Below are positions 51,310 to 64,000 of a stretch of 64,000 nt of DNA, piece after piece; the first letter of the stretch is position 1, and each line of letters begins with the position of its first letter. The stretch covers positions 1 to 64,000 of the forward strand of contig JAWMAR010000731.1 of assembly GCA_036785375.1 (NCBI GenBank). The letters are read 5' to 3'. The DNA comes from Leucoraja ocellata. Its lineage: Eukaryota. The notes under the pieces are model-generated. The model was given only the letters and a program-made list of their open reading frames with translations. It did not search any database and was not told the DNA's origin. Position numbers and translations under genes: made by a program.

Positions 51310-53119
51310 TAATTGACGCAAGCCTGAAAGAATCCTGTTGCATTCCCCTTTTAACTATAATGTGGAAATGAGAATTTGGAATCATTTCATTCCTTCCCAA
51401 GAAACACAAACAACTGTTACATATGAAAAATAAATCGAGGAAACCACTTTTAATACAGGGTTTAAACTATTATAAGATGAGTTATAATAGACATAAAGCA
51501 GCAGCACATTGCAATAGATAAAGGCTCAGCACAGGGTGAACTGGAACTGTTTGATCACACAAGAAAAAGTGCTTTCATTGGAATTCTCACTATTAGATAA
51601 GCATATTCCTTGAAGTGGTGCACTGCCTACTAAATCAACTGCCTTAGTTATGTAAAGGTCAGAATTGTCAAGAAATGCGGGTTTTCATCCTGGCAATATA
51701 TTAGTGAACTTGTAAAGATTTTACATTGATCCAATGGCTTAATGTGCTTTTTAAATTGATACCAGCTTTTAGCTTGTCTTTTGTTTAAATTACATTCACA
51801 ATCTCAAATGTGTCATGATGAGATTTGAACTCCCATACTTAGGATTATCACTTAATACAACATTAATGAATTACAACTACTGGAAATTTGTGAAATATGT
51901 AGTTTGTTTTTGAAATTCCGATCACATCTAGCAAAAGTAGTCTGGCTGTCTAAACAGAATGAGCTATTCATTCACTGGATTTGATGCGAAAACCTTAAAA
52001 ATACAAGTAACTTTTTTTTACATACCAATTCAATTCCTCTCTTTCGTGAATATACATAGTTTCTTGGTGAGGCACACCTCCTACTCTCTAGAAGCATATA
52101 GACAAATGTTGCCAGGATATTAGACAATAGAAGACACAATTGAACATCATCATAACTGTGGGCTTTACATGCTTCTGACAAATTATATCTAGCTGTGATT
52201 TAAAGTGGCAGCCCTGGCTGATTAGCTCACTACTTTAGCCCAGCAGAGTTGATGATCATGAAAACCCAACTGGTACTTGAATGCAATCAGCCAATCCGGC
52301 ACAAAGAGAATCTAGGTCTGACAGTACCTTCTCCCGTCTTCCTATGACAGGAGACTTCTTCACTGAAGTCCTTCACTCATTAACATTAAATCTTCCAATG
52401 CATCACCAGAAAATAGCAAGCGTCTCTGAAAAAATGAAACCGCAGGTGCTAGCGATCTAAAACAAAAGCACAAAATGATGAGCATCTCTGAGAAACATCT
52501 GCCCCCTATCAGTGTTTCATCTGGTGCCATTGGAAACACGTGATAATCGTAAACCAGTGAATTAAATCAACGAGTTGACAAGGACACACAAAAAGAAAAA
52601 TGTTTAAAGTCTTGTGAAATATTAATACACAGAAAATGTAAAAATTCTCCAGGATATAAATCTGTGTTGTTCACCATTATGTGGTTTCCTCGTTATAGAA
52701 TTTGTTGCTTGGTGCATGCTTGCACTGCGGAGACTGCAATAAACATGTCCTGTTGGTGATTGATAGAGATTACAATCACAGACAGTTGTCTCAAACCAGA
52801 TTGTGCTCAACCGTCATAACATTAAAACCTCGGAAACTGTCAACATTATGAATGGGTAGAGTCATCTGTCCATTTTTTTTGGAGTAAAGGTGCTGGGGAA
52901 GATTACCTTGCTTGAAATAGAATACATTCATTGAAGCCAAACCTGATCCTGATTTTTGACTCACTATCCAGGTAACCACAGGAGAGAGAGAGACATGTCC
53001 ATCCACCTAACATATTAATGAGAGCAACAAAATAAATCCAATCAATACTGATACTACATTCAGCCACAACGATACAACTAAACGCTTAACTAACATTCTT
53101 TAAGATTGTCAGCAAGACA

Positions 53120-54311
53120 TTTTGCGAAGCTCAGTCCACTTTATTGACGTATGAACATAAAATGAGCTATATCTTAATGAGTATTAATATAAAGAAAAAG
53201 CCTTGGGGCAATAAGGATCAATCAGAATGCATCACCACCAAAATACAGTGAAAAGCTTTTTAGTGAGACCCTGCATCTGGTTAGCTATATTGCTATTTCT
53301 ATTTTGGCAAACAATTTATTGAAATATCAGGGATGGATTTAAAAACCATGTTTAAGGAAAAATGCAACAAGCACATCTACAAAAATTAAGCCTTTTGTAT
53401 GAGGACAATGCAGACACCATGTAGGATGCTGCTTACAATAAATGTTATTGTAAATAAAATCCTTAAATGGGAGACATGCAAAATACAGCCCTCCCGCCCC
53501 CCCCCTCCCCCCTCTCCTCTCCCTTCGTAAGGGGGAAAAGTCCTCAAGTTTCAGCACGATACAACATTATTGCTGAGCAGGTTTCAGGAGAAGTCGGACA
53601 TTGGTTGGTTTCAGTGAGAAACGTGAAGTCCTGAAAAAAAGACTCCACCCATCTCAGATTATCGTGAGCGACTGACACTGAAAAATTATGGCTTCTTCTC
53701 AGGAACACGTACAAAGTCCTTCAAGAGCCTGCAGGATTTTTGTGAAGAGGAGCCTTTAAAAGGAAATATTGTATAGGTTTGATTAAGTACAGCTTGGTTA
53801 AATAAACAAATTTTCTTATGGGGAAAGTAACTCTCATGGTTTATATATTTCAAGTACTTTCCCCATGACATTCTCAATGCTTTAAAAACACACCCGCATT
53901 TTGGCCACCCTCTATATTTTACACATCCTATGGACACTAGCACAGATGCTAACTTACCTAGTCTAATTATACTTTAGGTCTAAATTAATTAATAAAACAC
54001 AACAAACTTGGCACAGAACAAATATATCTGTTGAAATAATATCACTGAGTAGTGGTCTGAACAGTGGTTTTAAAAAAAAAAGCAAATAAAAGAACACAAA
54101 TTTCTGGCACTGAAAGTGACTATAGTTGACACCTTCTATCGAATGTATACAATTTTACGTTTCACCATTTCATCAGTGCATTTCCATTAAAAAACACCAA
54201 ATGGAGATCTTGGTTAGGATCCATTTCTAGTACGCACTGTTAGTGATATTTGCTGAGAGGAGTGCATTAAGATGGGTACATCCAGTACGATTGGGGAGCT
54301 GGTTCCGATCT
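53120..54311 (-). other. AP2B1: AP2B1 3' UTR (minimum estimate)
   Basis: Repeat-free, U-rich sequence from the stop codon to the first AATAAA signals. Confidence 0.6.
53140..53320 (-). terminator. Candidate AP2B1 polyadenylation signals
   Basis: AATAAA on the minus strand at 53315-20 and 53140-45; the latter is followed by GT-rich sequence. Confidence 0.5.
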
Positions 54312-54386
54312 TCAATTCTTCAGAAGAGTGTCGTAGACTTGGTAGACATACTGTGATACCTCTGGTGCCCTGCATTTTAGTGACAG
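54312..54386 (-). CDS. AP2B1: AP-2 complex subunit beta, terminal coding exon
   Basis: Acceptor TTCTTGTTTCCTTCCTCCCTCCCAG| then LSLKCRAPEVSQYVYQVYDTLLKN*, the beta-adaptin C-terminus. QY.YQVYD is closer to AP2B1 than to AP1B1, and the gene lies next to RASL10B. Absent from the ORF track because it is short. Confidence 0.92.
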   Translation of the reverse strand: MSLKCRAPEVSQYVYQVYDTLLKN

Positions 54387-55149
54387 CTGGGAGGGAGGAA
54401 GGAAACAAGAATTAACTGATAGTAAAATAGACAGAGTGAGCCCAACCAAACAACCAAAACAGCCATACTGGCACATTTGCTCATACATTGCTCAAGACAT
54501 TGTGATAGAAAATGTAAAACAAAAGTCAGTAATACCCAGCTAAGAGGGTGAGTTAACATTCAATCAAAATTTGGTGTACCAGCTGGCTTCGGGGAATTAA
54601 AATGTTCAAAATAAGCAACTTGCAAAGGTTGAGAAAACAGATTGCAAGCATCATTTGTATGTTAACTACTGTGATTCTGTGATACAAAACTGTTAGTGGA
54701 AAGATTTGATAATCGTTCAGTATGTGGCTCTAAAATACTCCGGTAGATAGTAAGATTCTTCCAGGGATTCTTCAAGTATTTACAGTACGGTTAAAGTTGT
54801 TTCAAAATAAACACTAACAAAAATAATCACACTCGCAAATGGGTTCCAGCATAATTATCTGGCAGAAGATGCGTGGGTGCGTACACAAATACATTCTGAA
54901 GTATATCAGGAAAGGATCGTTAAGAGTGGGTAATTGACAACTTTCTCAGGAATGCTGCATTCTTGCCTATGAACATTTTTGATTCGAGAATACGGAATAT
55001 AACCTGTCCTGATATGTTAGGATCAATAAGACAAAAGGTCTCCAGATTCACTATTCTTTTGGCAAGATCACCTAGAATATAGGGATCTCTATTTTCCCTT
55101 TAAATACATTGTAAGTTATAAAATGGAATTGCTTGTAAAATATTATGTT

Positions 55150-55380
55150 ATAAGAGATAGGAGCAGAATTAGACCATTCGGCTCATCAAGTCTACTCTGC
55201 CATTTAATCATGGCTGATCTATCTCTCCCTCCTAACCCCATTCTCATACCTTCTCCCCATAACCCCTGACACCCATACTAATCAAGAATCTATCTATCTA
55301 TGCCTTGAAAATGTCCATTGACGGCCTCCATAGCAGTCCATGGCAAAGAATTCCACAGATTCACCACCCTCTGACTAAAG
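55150..55380 (-). mobile_element. CR1-like 3' end
   Basis: Same subfamily as 23688 and 43712. Confidence 0.8.
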
Positions 55381-57699
55381 AGGCAGGTTTGTCACTGCAC
55401 TGGGACCTAAAACAAAAAGAGGTTCATACATAGGACCATAGGCTCACATTTATTAGGTATTATTAAAATTATATGTGTTGGGTATAATTCCCTGCATCTA
55501 TTGAGCATATATATAAGCAAGCTTGGCACACCAGCTACCATAAATAATCAACTTTTTTTCAATTTTTACTATTGCTTTCTTTATAGAAATATAACCTATT
55601 TTTTAAAATTGATAAATAAAAATTGAATTGCGCGATTTATCAGTCTTTTTGAATGAATGATTACTTTTCACAATTTTTAAATCAAGCTCAAAAACAAGGG
55701 AAAGAAAAGTTCCTCAATGTCAAAAAACTTGACACCAAATAAACATAAAAATGCCCTAAAGCAGTCTAGCACATTAACATTCATTAATATAGACATTAGC
55801 CCAGTTAACTGATTAACATGAATTGGTATTAGCTAGCAAACTCCTTCTATTGAAATTGACAAGTTTCGTTTGGACTTAAGTTTTGCAATTATTAGTGCAT
55901 AGCAGGGAGCCACCTGACACAAGTGGCTTGAAAACTGATTAGTGTATTTAAACAGAATTGATTAATAAATGTGCATACGTACATATTTGTTCAAAATGGT
56001 TTGAGACGGGAGCAGGAATTAATCTTATGACACATGGATAGCAAATGGGGAGATAACACAGAGCAAATCAGCAGATAATAGATTTAATAATAATATATAT
56101 TCCGAAGCTGCTGACAATGGCATTGGCAATACAATAATACTGAACTAGGTAAGGGAACACTTGGTAAGAAAAGACTCACGGTCAAAAGCTTAGTTGAACG
56201 ATGGGGTTATAAAGAACACGTTAAAGGAGGGGAAAACAGAAGATTCGAAAATTCAGATGTTAGACAGTTTAAATCATAATTATGAACGTTGGAGTGATGA
56301 ACGTCAGTGAGATGAAGGGGTCAGAGAAAATTGCCGAACAGAGATAGGATAGGTTAGACAGTTAGGTTGAGAGTTATACATGAATTAAACTGAAGATTTG
56401 ATGAACAATGATTTCACATAGTTAGCAAGCATAGAAGAGATGGTTAAAAGGAAGTTGTTGCAAGAAGAGTAAAGCAGGGTATTTTGGATGAGCTTAGGTT
56501 TACATAAGGTGCAACACAGGTGTCTGGCCAAGACAGCATGTAATAATCAAGTTTGGGAATAATAAAGTCTGAAGGTGTCAGCACAGATGAGGTCATGCCG
56601 GCATAGAAGCGGAAACGAGTAATTTTGGAGAGGATATGGACTTTGAGCTCAGCTTGAATGAAATTCTGTCAATTTGAATAGTTCATAAACGCTGTCATGT
56701 TTCATTATGAAATAACTCAGAGCAATCCCTCGCAATCTTTTCTCTCTTCCACCACCCACATACACCACATGATAACTTACAGCACGAATTCAGCCTACAA
56801 TTCTGCACATCTTTGGGAATGTGGGAGAAAACTAGAGCACCCATGGGAAACTTATATAAAGCATTAAACCAGTGATACCAACTTATATGGTATCATGTCT
56901 AAGTAAAACTATCAGTAGTCTTCAACTGATGTTGAGTACAGGATAAGGCTGTTGGAGGGGAGTGGGTGGGATTGGAGGGGGTAGAATCTATTTACATTGT
57001 TTTAGAGCATCACTGATTTTATAAAATAACGAAACAATGATGAGATGGTGTTTGTATCTAAACTGCTATTAGGTGTCTCCAAGGACCAAAAAAGGGTAAA
57101 AATAACAGGCTAAGGATAACAAAAGCTACAAAAGTTCAGAGGCAAATTATGACGTCAAATATAAGATCCCATCAGAGTTCCCAGCATTTTAAGAAGAAAT
57201 CCATTACTGCTGTACTCTGCACAGAAACTAGGTCATTAATATACTCTTAACATTTGTGTCTTCACAGACATGACTATAATATTAATATCTGCAAACATAA
57301 TGTTAAAATAAAACAGAACTTGTGCATGACCCTCAGAAATGATTTAAATTCACAATTTTGTGCAATACTGACTGAGCCCCAAAAAAACTGCTAAAGGCAT
57401 GTTACTTCATAGAATTACTGTTATGAATCCAGCTTTAGCTTCTAGGCTAATGTTATATCAATCATCTGTGTCTGCACAGGGCCCTCCATAATGTTTGGGA
57501 CAAAGACCCATCATTTATTTATTTGCCTCTACGCCACAATTTGAGATTTGTAATAGAAAAAAAAATCACAGATCAAAAGTGGAAACAGATAAAGGGGAAA
57601 AATATGGGCAGAAGGAGCGATTTGAGGAAGGAGAAAAAGTGTAGGGACAGAGGCAGAAGATGAAATGTGGAACAAAGGTGGGATGATGTGCTGATGGAA

Positions 57700-58210
57700 C
57701 TAAATGGAAGAGAGCATATGAAGGATAGGCAAAAGGGGGAAGATTGTAAACAACCCAAGGACATTTTTGTGTGTGTCTGGTTTGCGTTTGATATTGCTGT
57801 GGCATTGGAGAAGGCCAAGAACAGGTAGATTGGCGTGGGAATGGGACTGAAATAACTTGCAACTGGAAGCACAAGAGTCACATTGTGGACAGAGTGCAAG
57901 TCTTCTGGTCTTGGCTTGGTTTCGCTGATGTAGGAGGGTTATGCCGAGAGTACTAAATGCAATAAACAAGGTTGAAGGAGGTGTACTTGAATCTCTGCCT
58001 CACCTAGAAAGGTTGTTTAGGTCGCTGGGTGATGGTGAGGGCTGAAGTGTTGTACAGAGGAAATTGCCAGTGGATGGGTAGGAATGGATGGGGAGGGGTG
58101 AGTGAGTCACACAGTGGTCGCTGCAGGAAAGGGACGATATGGCTAGTGGTGGGGTCCTGTTGGAGCTGGCGAAAGTGACTAATGTGGAGGCTAGAATTGC
58201 GAGAAGTGAG
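57700..58210 (-). mobile_element. Old Penelope-like GIY-YIG remnant
   Basis: The reverse complement resembles 24320-24700 (LPVASYF..SHSHANL.VLGLLQC). Confidence 0.55.
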
Positions 58211-58299
58211 GACCAAGGGAATTCTATCTTTTTCATGTTCTGGTTGAAAGACTTGGAGTGCATCCTAACTTATGGAAAAACTGTTCAGAAGCCTGATAA

Positions 58300-58735
58300 C
58301 ACAGGGAAAGAAGCTATTTCTGGTGTTATGTGCTTTCAAGGTTTCATATCTTCTGCTCATCTTCTGGGAGATGAGGAAATGACTAGGGTGAGAAAGATCT
58401 TTGTTTATGTTGGCTGCTTTCCTGAGGCAGCGTAAAGTGCAGGTGGAGTCAGTGGTGGATAGTCAGGTCTATGCGATGGACTACGCTGCATCCACAACTC
58501 TGCAATTTCTTGCTGTCTTGGGCAGAACTACGGTGCAATTGTAGAAGGTTGCAAGAGTTGTTGGAGACATGTGAACTTTCCTTAGTCTCCTGAGGCAGTA
58601 GAGTTTTGGTTTGTTATTTTGGCCCACAGCTTCAATGTGATTGATCCAGGTCGGATTGTTGGTAATATTTATGTTTAGCAACTTGAAGATCTTGACCATT
58701 TCCATTTTGGCACCATTGAAGCTGATTGGAGCACG
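58300..58735 (-). mobile_element. Rex1/Babar RT C-terminal remnant
   Basis: FKLLNINITNNPTWINHI...LYCLRRLRKVHMS.TTL.TFYNCTV. Confidence 0.7.
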
Positions 58736-58803
58736 TTTAGTTTCGTTTTGAAATACTGCGCTGAAACAGACTCTTCGGTCCGAGTCTGCGCCAACCAACG
58801 ATC

Positions 58804-59006
58804 NNNNNNNNNNNNNNNNNNNNNNNNNNNNNNNNNNNNNNNNNNNNNNNNNNNNNNNNNNNNNNNNNNNNNNNNNNNNNNNNNNNNNNNNNNNNNNNNN
58901 NNNNNNNNNNNNNNNNNNNNNNNNNNNNNNNNNNNNNNNNNNNNNNNNNNNNNNNNNNNNNNNNNNNNNNNNNNNNNNNNNNNNNNNNNNNNNNNNNNNN
59001 NNNNNN
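58804..59006. other. Assembly gap (203 N)
   Basis: Run of N. Confidence 1.
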
Positions 59007-59192
59007 TTTTATCGAAGCCAATTAACTTACAGTCCATTACGATTTTGGAGTGTGGGAGGAGATCGGAGCACCCGGAAAAAACACACGCAGGTCACAGGGA
59101 GAATGTACAAACTCCGTACAGACAGCACCCATGGTCAGGATCGAACTCGGGTCTCTGGTGCTGTAAAGCAGCAACCTTACCTCAGCGCCATC
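59007..59192 (-). mobile_element. HE1-like tRNA SINE
   Basis: The reverse complement has B-box GAGTTCGATCC and the SINE body seen at 2488 and 45430. Confidence 0.75.
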
Positions 59193-59944
59193 ATGTCACC
59201 CTGGTTGTAACCAGCTCCATCCTCTTGCTGACATTGAGGGAGAAGTTGTGTTCTTGACACCATGTTTCTAAGTTCTCTACATCCCGCCTGTAATCCATCT
59301 CATCATTGGTCGAGATCCGGTCCTCTACAGTATGAATGTGGGGTCATCTGCAAGCTTATAGATGTTAAGTTTCTTGGAGATTAATACAGCTCATTTGGCC
59401 TCGAGCTCGAGAAGAGTTGGAGCAGGAGCACAGATGCATGATTGCACCAAATAATGTCAGAATGGAAACTTTAGGGACTTGTTCTATGTGTTATTTCCCA
59501 AGATGCAATCTTGCGTGGAAAAGTACGTGATAATGTGCAGTGCAATACAAATGATTGAACAAAAAATTCATAGAGTACATAATCCATGAAAATTGCATTT
59601 AAAACGGCTGCAAAAGCTGTAATTTGAGTTGAAACAATAAAACTATAATATAATGATACATTCCATCAGTACTAAACTGCTTTGTTTCACTGTTTGATGA
59701 ACTATTGTGATTTCATGCTTAGGCTATGATGACTTATTTATCAATTTACAATATATGGGCTAACAGTTCAAACAGGATTTTTGCAAGTAAGACAGTACAT
59801 ATGGATGATATTCGACAGTGCACTGTCTATCCTGCAGTATGATTTTATATTCTATAAACCTGCTAATACTCTGTGGGCACCTACTTCTCTGGGTGTGGGT
59901 TCACTGGCAACACCCGGAGAAGTGGCAGAAGTATGGCTTCTCAC

Positions 59945-60370
59945 GTGATTTTATATTCTTCCATCATCTAACCTCTCAGCCTGCGTCAGGGAAAACAGTC
60001 CTAGTCTATCAAGTATCTCCTCATAATTCAAAGCCTCCAATCCAGGCAACATCTGTGTGAATTGTTTCTGCACCCTCTCGAGCTTAATCGCATCCTTCCA
60101 ATCCGATAATGTGGCAATACAGGTAGACAAGGGTGGTGGGGAAGGCATGTGGTGTGCATGCAGTGGGACCAGAACTGGACAAATACTCCGAACCAAAGTT
60201 TTGTACAACTGTAACATGACATTGTTATACTAAATGCTTAAACTCTTATACTAAATGCCTCGGCTAACCACTGCATGCATACCACATGCCTTCCCCACCA
60301 CCCTTGTCTACCTGTATTGCCACTTTAACGGAACTATGTTTTTGTACCTCAAAATGTCTCTGTTCATCCT
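59945..60370 (-). mobile_element. CR1 fragment containing a 56-bp inverted duplication
   Basis: MLQLYKTLV...KDAIKLERVQKQFTQMLPGL; arms at 60111-60166 and 60268-60323. Confidence 0.75.
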
Positions 60371-61091
60371 GCTGGTAAAAGCCGTGACGCCAGACAACAT
60401 TTGCACAGAAAGTCTAAAGATCTCTGAAAATAACCACACTGTTTCAGTACAAATTGCAGTAATAACATCAACCTGACAATGTAAGAAAAAATACTCACGT
60501 GTATCTTATTCACAAGAAAGGGAGACCATTCTAACCCTGGTAATCACTACCCAATCAGTTGACTCGCAATCATCAATGTGATGCAAGTATTGGTGAAGGT
60601 GCTAATCAAGCATGGATCAAATTGCTGAATTCCAGAGGTAAAGCGAGTGATTGCCCTTGACATCAAAGTGGTATTCATTATTGGGTACCAATTATCCCAG
60701 CCACAGAATATCACTGCAGCAGCAGCTCAGGGCAGTGGTTTAGGCCCAATAAGGTCAGATGTGGGGATTTTTGGTAATTATAGCAAAGTACTCAAATCCA
60801 ATTGTAACTTCTCAGCAAATGACATACAACACAACCTAGATGACTTTGGTTGCAAGTCTTCCACAAAAATGCCAACCAATAACCATCTTTAGAAAGAGTT
60901 GTCACCATTCTGGAGGTCACCTCTCACCAGAAATTCAACTGGACCAGCCTCAACAGACATCAGGAGTGTGATGGTACATTTGTAATTTGCCTCAGTGAGT
61001 ACTGCTCTAATAGCACTCATGATGCTCAACACCAACCGGGACAATAGAATTATACACAGCTGTTGGCTCTTTGCCCCCTTGTTCCACTTTG

Positions 61092-61954
61092 TAGCAATGT
61101 TACAAAATTTTGAGATTTAAAAAATCAAGTCTGCAATTTATCCCATCAGATAAAGCATAACAATAAGTTTAATTTGACACCAAATTCACTTTCATATCTC
61201 AAGTATTAAAAAAGTTATGACCATTTTCATACTCGGAAATTAGCATCTTGTTCCCTATTGATTTTCAATGGACATTACAAAAAAGCTGTGATCTTGGATA
61301 GTCAACAGGCCATTTCTTAAGGAAAGATTAACATTTTTAAATAGCCTAAGTGTCCAAAGATTATTCACAAATAATTCACAATATAACATGATTTTTATAT
61401 CTAATTTACATTAATTTATAGGCCAAATGGAAGGAATTTAGTGTTCAATTGCTGTAAATAAATGCCCATTTAAATCGGCTTTCTAGTGGGTTCATGTGGA
61501 ACGCGCCGGTTTAGAATGTTGACAGCGCGCTGGATTAGTGCCCTCAAGTGCCGAGAAAAATACTGCGGGATATAAAAAGCCCAAAATGAGCTATTCGTTA
61601 TGGATAATTTGATATATAGGGTTATATATATGCCCCATTTAATGTAAAAATAAGGTACATACCTTTAATTGTTTGCTCTATAAAACCCTGGGGCTGCGAG
61701 AGGTTGCGAGATGAAACACTAATTTTAAATCTATTAGAACTATATTATCGAGGCCTATAAAACTAATAATACCTTTTGCGACCGGGTCTTGCAGCGATTT
61801 TTCGTTAATGATTTACTAGGCTGAACATGTGCGATTAGTACAGCCTAGTAAAAATCGCGTTTTAAACCCGCCCCCTCCAAACAGCGCCAACATCGCGGGC
61901 CTGGCTGAGGGCAGATTCCCAATGGCGATTCAGGTAGGTTTTGTAACATACCTA
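61092..61954. mobile_element. Non-autonomous DNA transposon with TAG...CTA termini
   Basis: TIRs TAGCAATGTTACAAAA / TTTTGTAACATACCTA; flanking CACTTTG at 61085-91 and 61955-61. Confidence 0.8.
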
Positions 61955-62659
61955 CACTTTGTCCTTCAATAACATCATGGTTATTAATTCACCCTATTGG
62001 AAATACATAATTGGCCATTCATCGTTGCCAGGTCTAAATCCCCCAGATCCTTGCTTGACACCATTGTAGGAGTACTTCCACCAGAAGGACTGCAGCTTAA
62101 CTTGCAGTAGCTCTACTTGCATTTCTTCTGACAAAGAACTATCAAATATTGGATAAAATAAACCATTTCCGTGTTGTAGATTTCTACAGCTTTTGAAATT
62201 TCTACATTTTTGAGATGTTTCATGCAGAAATATTGAGTGTCAAGCCAGGGAAATGGCTAAGATCACAATAATAGTTTAAGATCAGAGACACGTTGATGCA
62301 AATAATAGTTAGCGTTGTACAGCACATAAACAGACCCTTCATCCCACCTTGTCCATGCCAACCATTTTGAATTCTTAATTCTGAATTCTTAATTCTGATG
62401 TTTGTTGTGAATAGACATTTGACTGGTCAACCTATACTTGTCCAGATCCTGACACTTCTTCTCTTCAATAGGGGGTCTACGTTATCTACATGTCAGTCCT
62501 ACAGCCAATGTGAATAGTGAGAGGATTGAAAAATTAGGTTCTGAACCCATGCTATCTTCTTTCCATGAATTTTCAGATATTTCCGGAGTCTAATGACAAC
62601 AATATATTTGGCTTTAAGTTCAGCAATAAACTTACATAATTCCGCAACTGTATATCAAA

Positions 62660-62800
62660 TTCCACTGAATACCGAAGGAATGCTGGGAAGACAGCCTTTC
62701 ATTTAAGAGAGGTCAAGTTGATGTTATGTCTGTTTTTTCATTCAGATGTAAAAGAAAATCCCTTGGCCCTCATCCAAAGTGGAGCAGGGGCATTACAGGC
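62660..62800 (+). mobile_element. Ancient Deu-domain SINE remnant
   Basis: CAGATGTAAAAGAAAATCCCTTGGC...GAGCAGGGG resembles the Deu core. Confidence 0.45.
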
Positions 62801-64000
62801 AGTCTTTTAAACAACACCAAGTCAAATTTCTCAATGACTCCCATATTTTCCGAGCTTGGAAATTCCCCGACCTTCGGATCTCGCTGTACCTTCCAGCATG
62901 GACCCAGGCACTGTATCCTAATGTAGGTCAGCTCATATCATGGTGGACTATGTGGAGAATGCAGTTCATATTCTAAATCAATCATCTTCCTGCATCTTCC
63001 TCGTAAAAGTTAATTGACTCAAATCATTAATTGGTTCTCTCTTGGCCCACTTACAAGATATCTCCAGCATTTTCCGTTCCAGCATTTTAGCAGGTTAGAA
63101 GTAAGGAAAAGTGGTCAGAAACAAGAAACAAAAAGTACTTACTCTCCAATTTGCTTGCATCTAAAGTCCTTTTGTAAATTAGGTATGTACTGCATGGACA
63201 AGGTGGCTTGTGTACTTTCCCAGACTCCCTACCATCCAGATGAGTCTGTTCAGCCTGAATTAACAAGTGTGATGATCGGGTATGGGGAGAGTGTAAAGTT
63301 TGTATTTTGTACTTGCACATAGTGCTCTCAACTGCATATTTAAGCTGGGCACTGACCTTCCAAAATTTCTGGCAGTTATGGGTGTAACTGCTATTTATTT
63401 TAACGCCCGGAAAATCTGTCTCCTTTATCCCTCCATCAACATGGTGGGATTTGTTGCACACCAATCACCTCCGATATTATACAATCGACTATGACTACTG
63501 GGTATATCGTTTAAAGTACTCCTGTATGTCCTGAAAATGTGAACAAGACCATAAAAATACAAGCCTGTCCTCCTTTTAGTATTTGTAATGCCAAAGAATG
63601 ACTTGCAAATTAAAGGGATCTATGGTTAAATAATTCTCCTGGACAGACTGCACATTTTGTTGGATGTTAAAAGAGACCAGAGGGAAAAATGCAACGGACA
63701 TTGGCATGCATCAGGAAATTAATTACAGAGTACTGAAGGAACCTGAAAACATCGAATTTGTGTGCCTGTGTTTAAAAGGAGCAACGTCTCGACCTGGCAA
63801 CTACTGACTCATCTGCCTTATCTGACAGGCAAACTAATGGAAACTATTTTAATGGATAGGCTTGAGCAGACATCACAGACATTTACTTAAATAGGGAGCC
63901 ATGAAGAACGACAGCTAAGGAAGACCTCGTCTGACAAAAGGTCCTTGATTACTTTGAGAATATGCATTTAGTGGGAGGTAGGTCTGCCCGTAAAACCAGC

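Noticed and set aside
54906-55071. About 55-codon open frame after a TAG acceptor in the last AP2B1 intron (alternative last exon?)
   Set aside because: Weak pyrimidine tract; in the required phase 0 it stops after 6 codons; no recognisable homology.
63359-63531. Acceptor/donor-bounded segment on the minus strand (possible AP2B1 exon)
   Set aside because: Stops in all three frames and no match to the expected penultimate exon (...ELRIQPGNPNYT), which appears to lie beyond the window.
1-64000. CRISPR arrays, rRNA, bona fide tRNA genes, prokaryotic operons
   Set aside because: None seen; tRNA-like boxes belong to SINE heads, and the recurring repeats are dispersed TEs, not repeat-spacer arrays.

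Overview
Eukaryotic, repeat-rich vertebrate DNA; the repeat set (CR1/HER1-type LINE ends, HE1-like tRNA SINEs, Penelope-like, Rex1/Babar, L2, RTE, Deu-domain SINEs) points to a cartilaginous fish, probably a skate/ray (inference). Two genes are partly present, both on the minus strand: the terminal coding exon and 3' UTR of AP2B1 (54312-54386) and, downstream of it, the first coding exon of RASL10B (17056-17271), with a CpG-enriched putative promoter/first-exon region at about 26.5-29 kb. Almost all other ORFs in the track are repeat remnants or noise. Most notable observations: (i) many Penelope-derived repeats carrying a minimal hammerhead-ribozyme core, often arranged as short fold-back units; (ii) a tandem cluster of REST/RE1 sites in the RASL10B upstream region; (iii) three upstream AUGs in the RASL10B leader; (iv) a TAG-terminated DNA transposon with a 7-bp target duplication; (v) internally deleted Rex1-like elements. 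There are three N gaps. Repeat family names come from recalled consensus motifs, not from a database search, and repeat boundaries are approximate unless a TSD is given.
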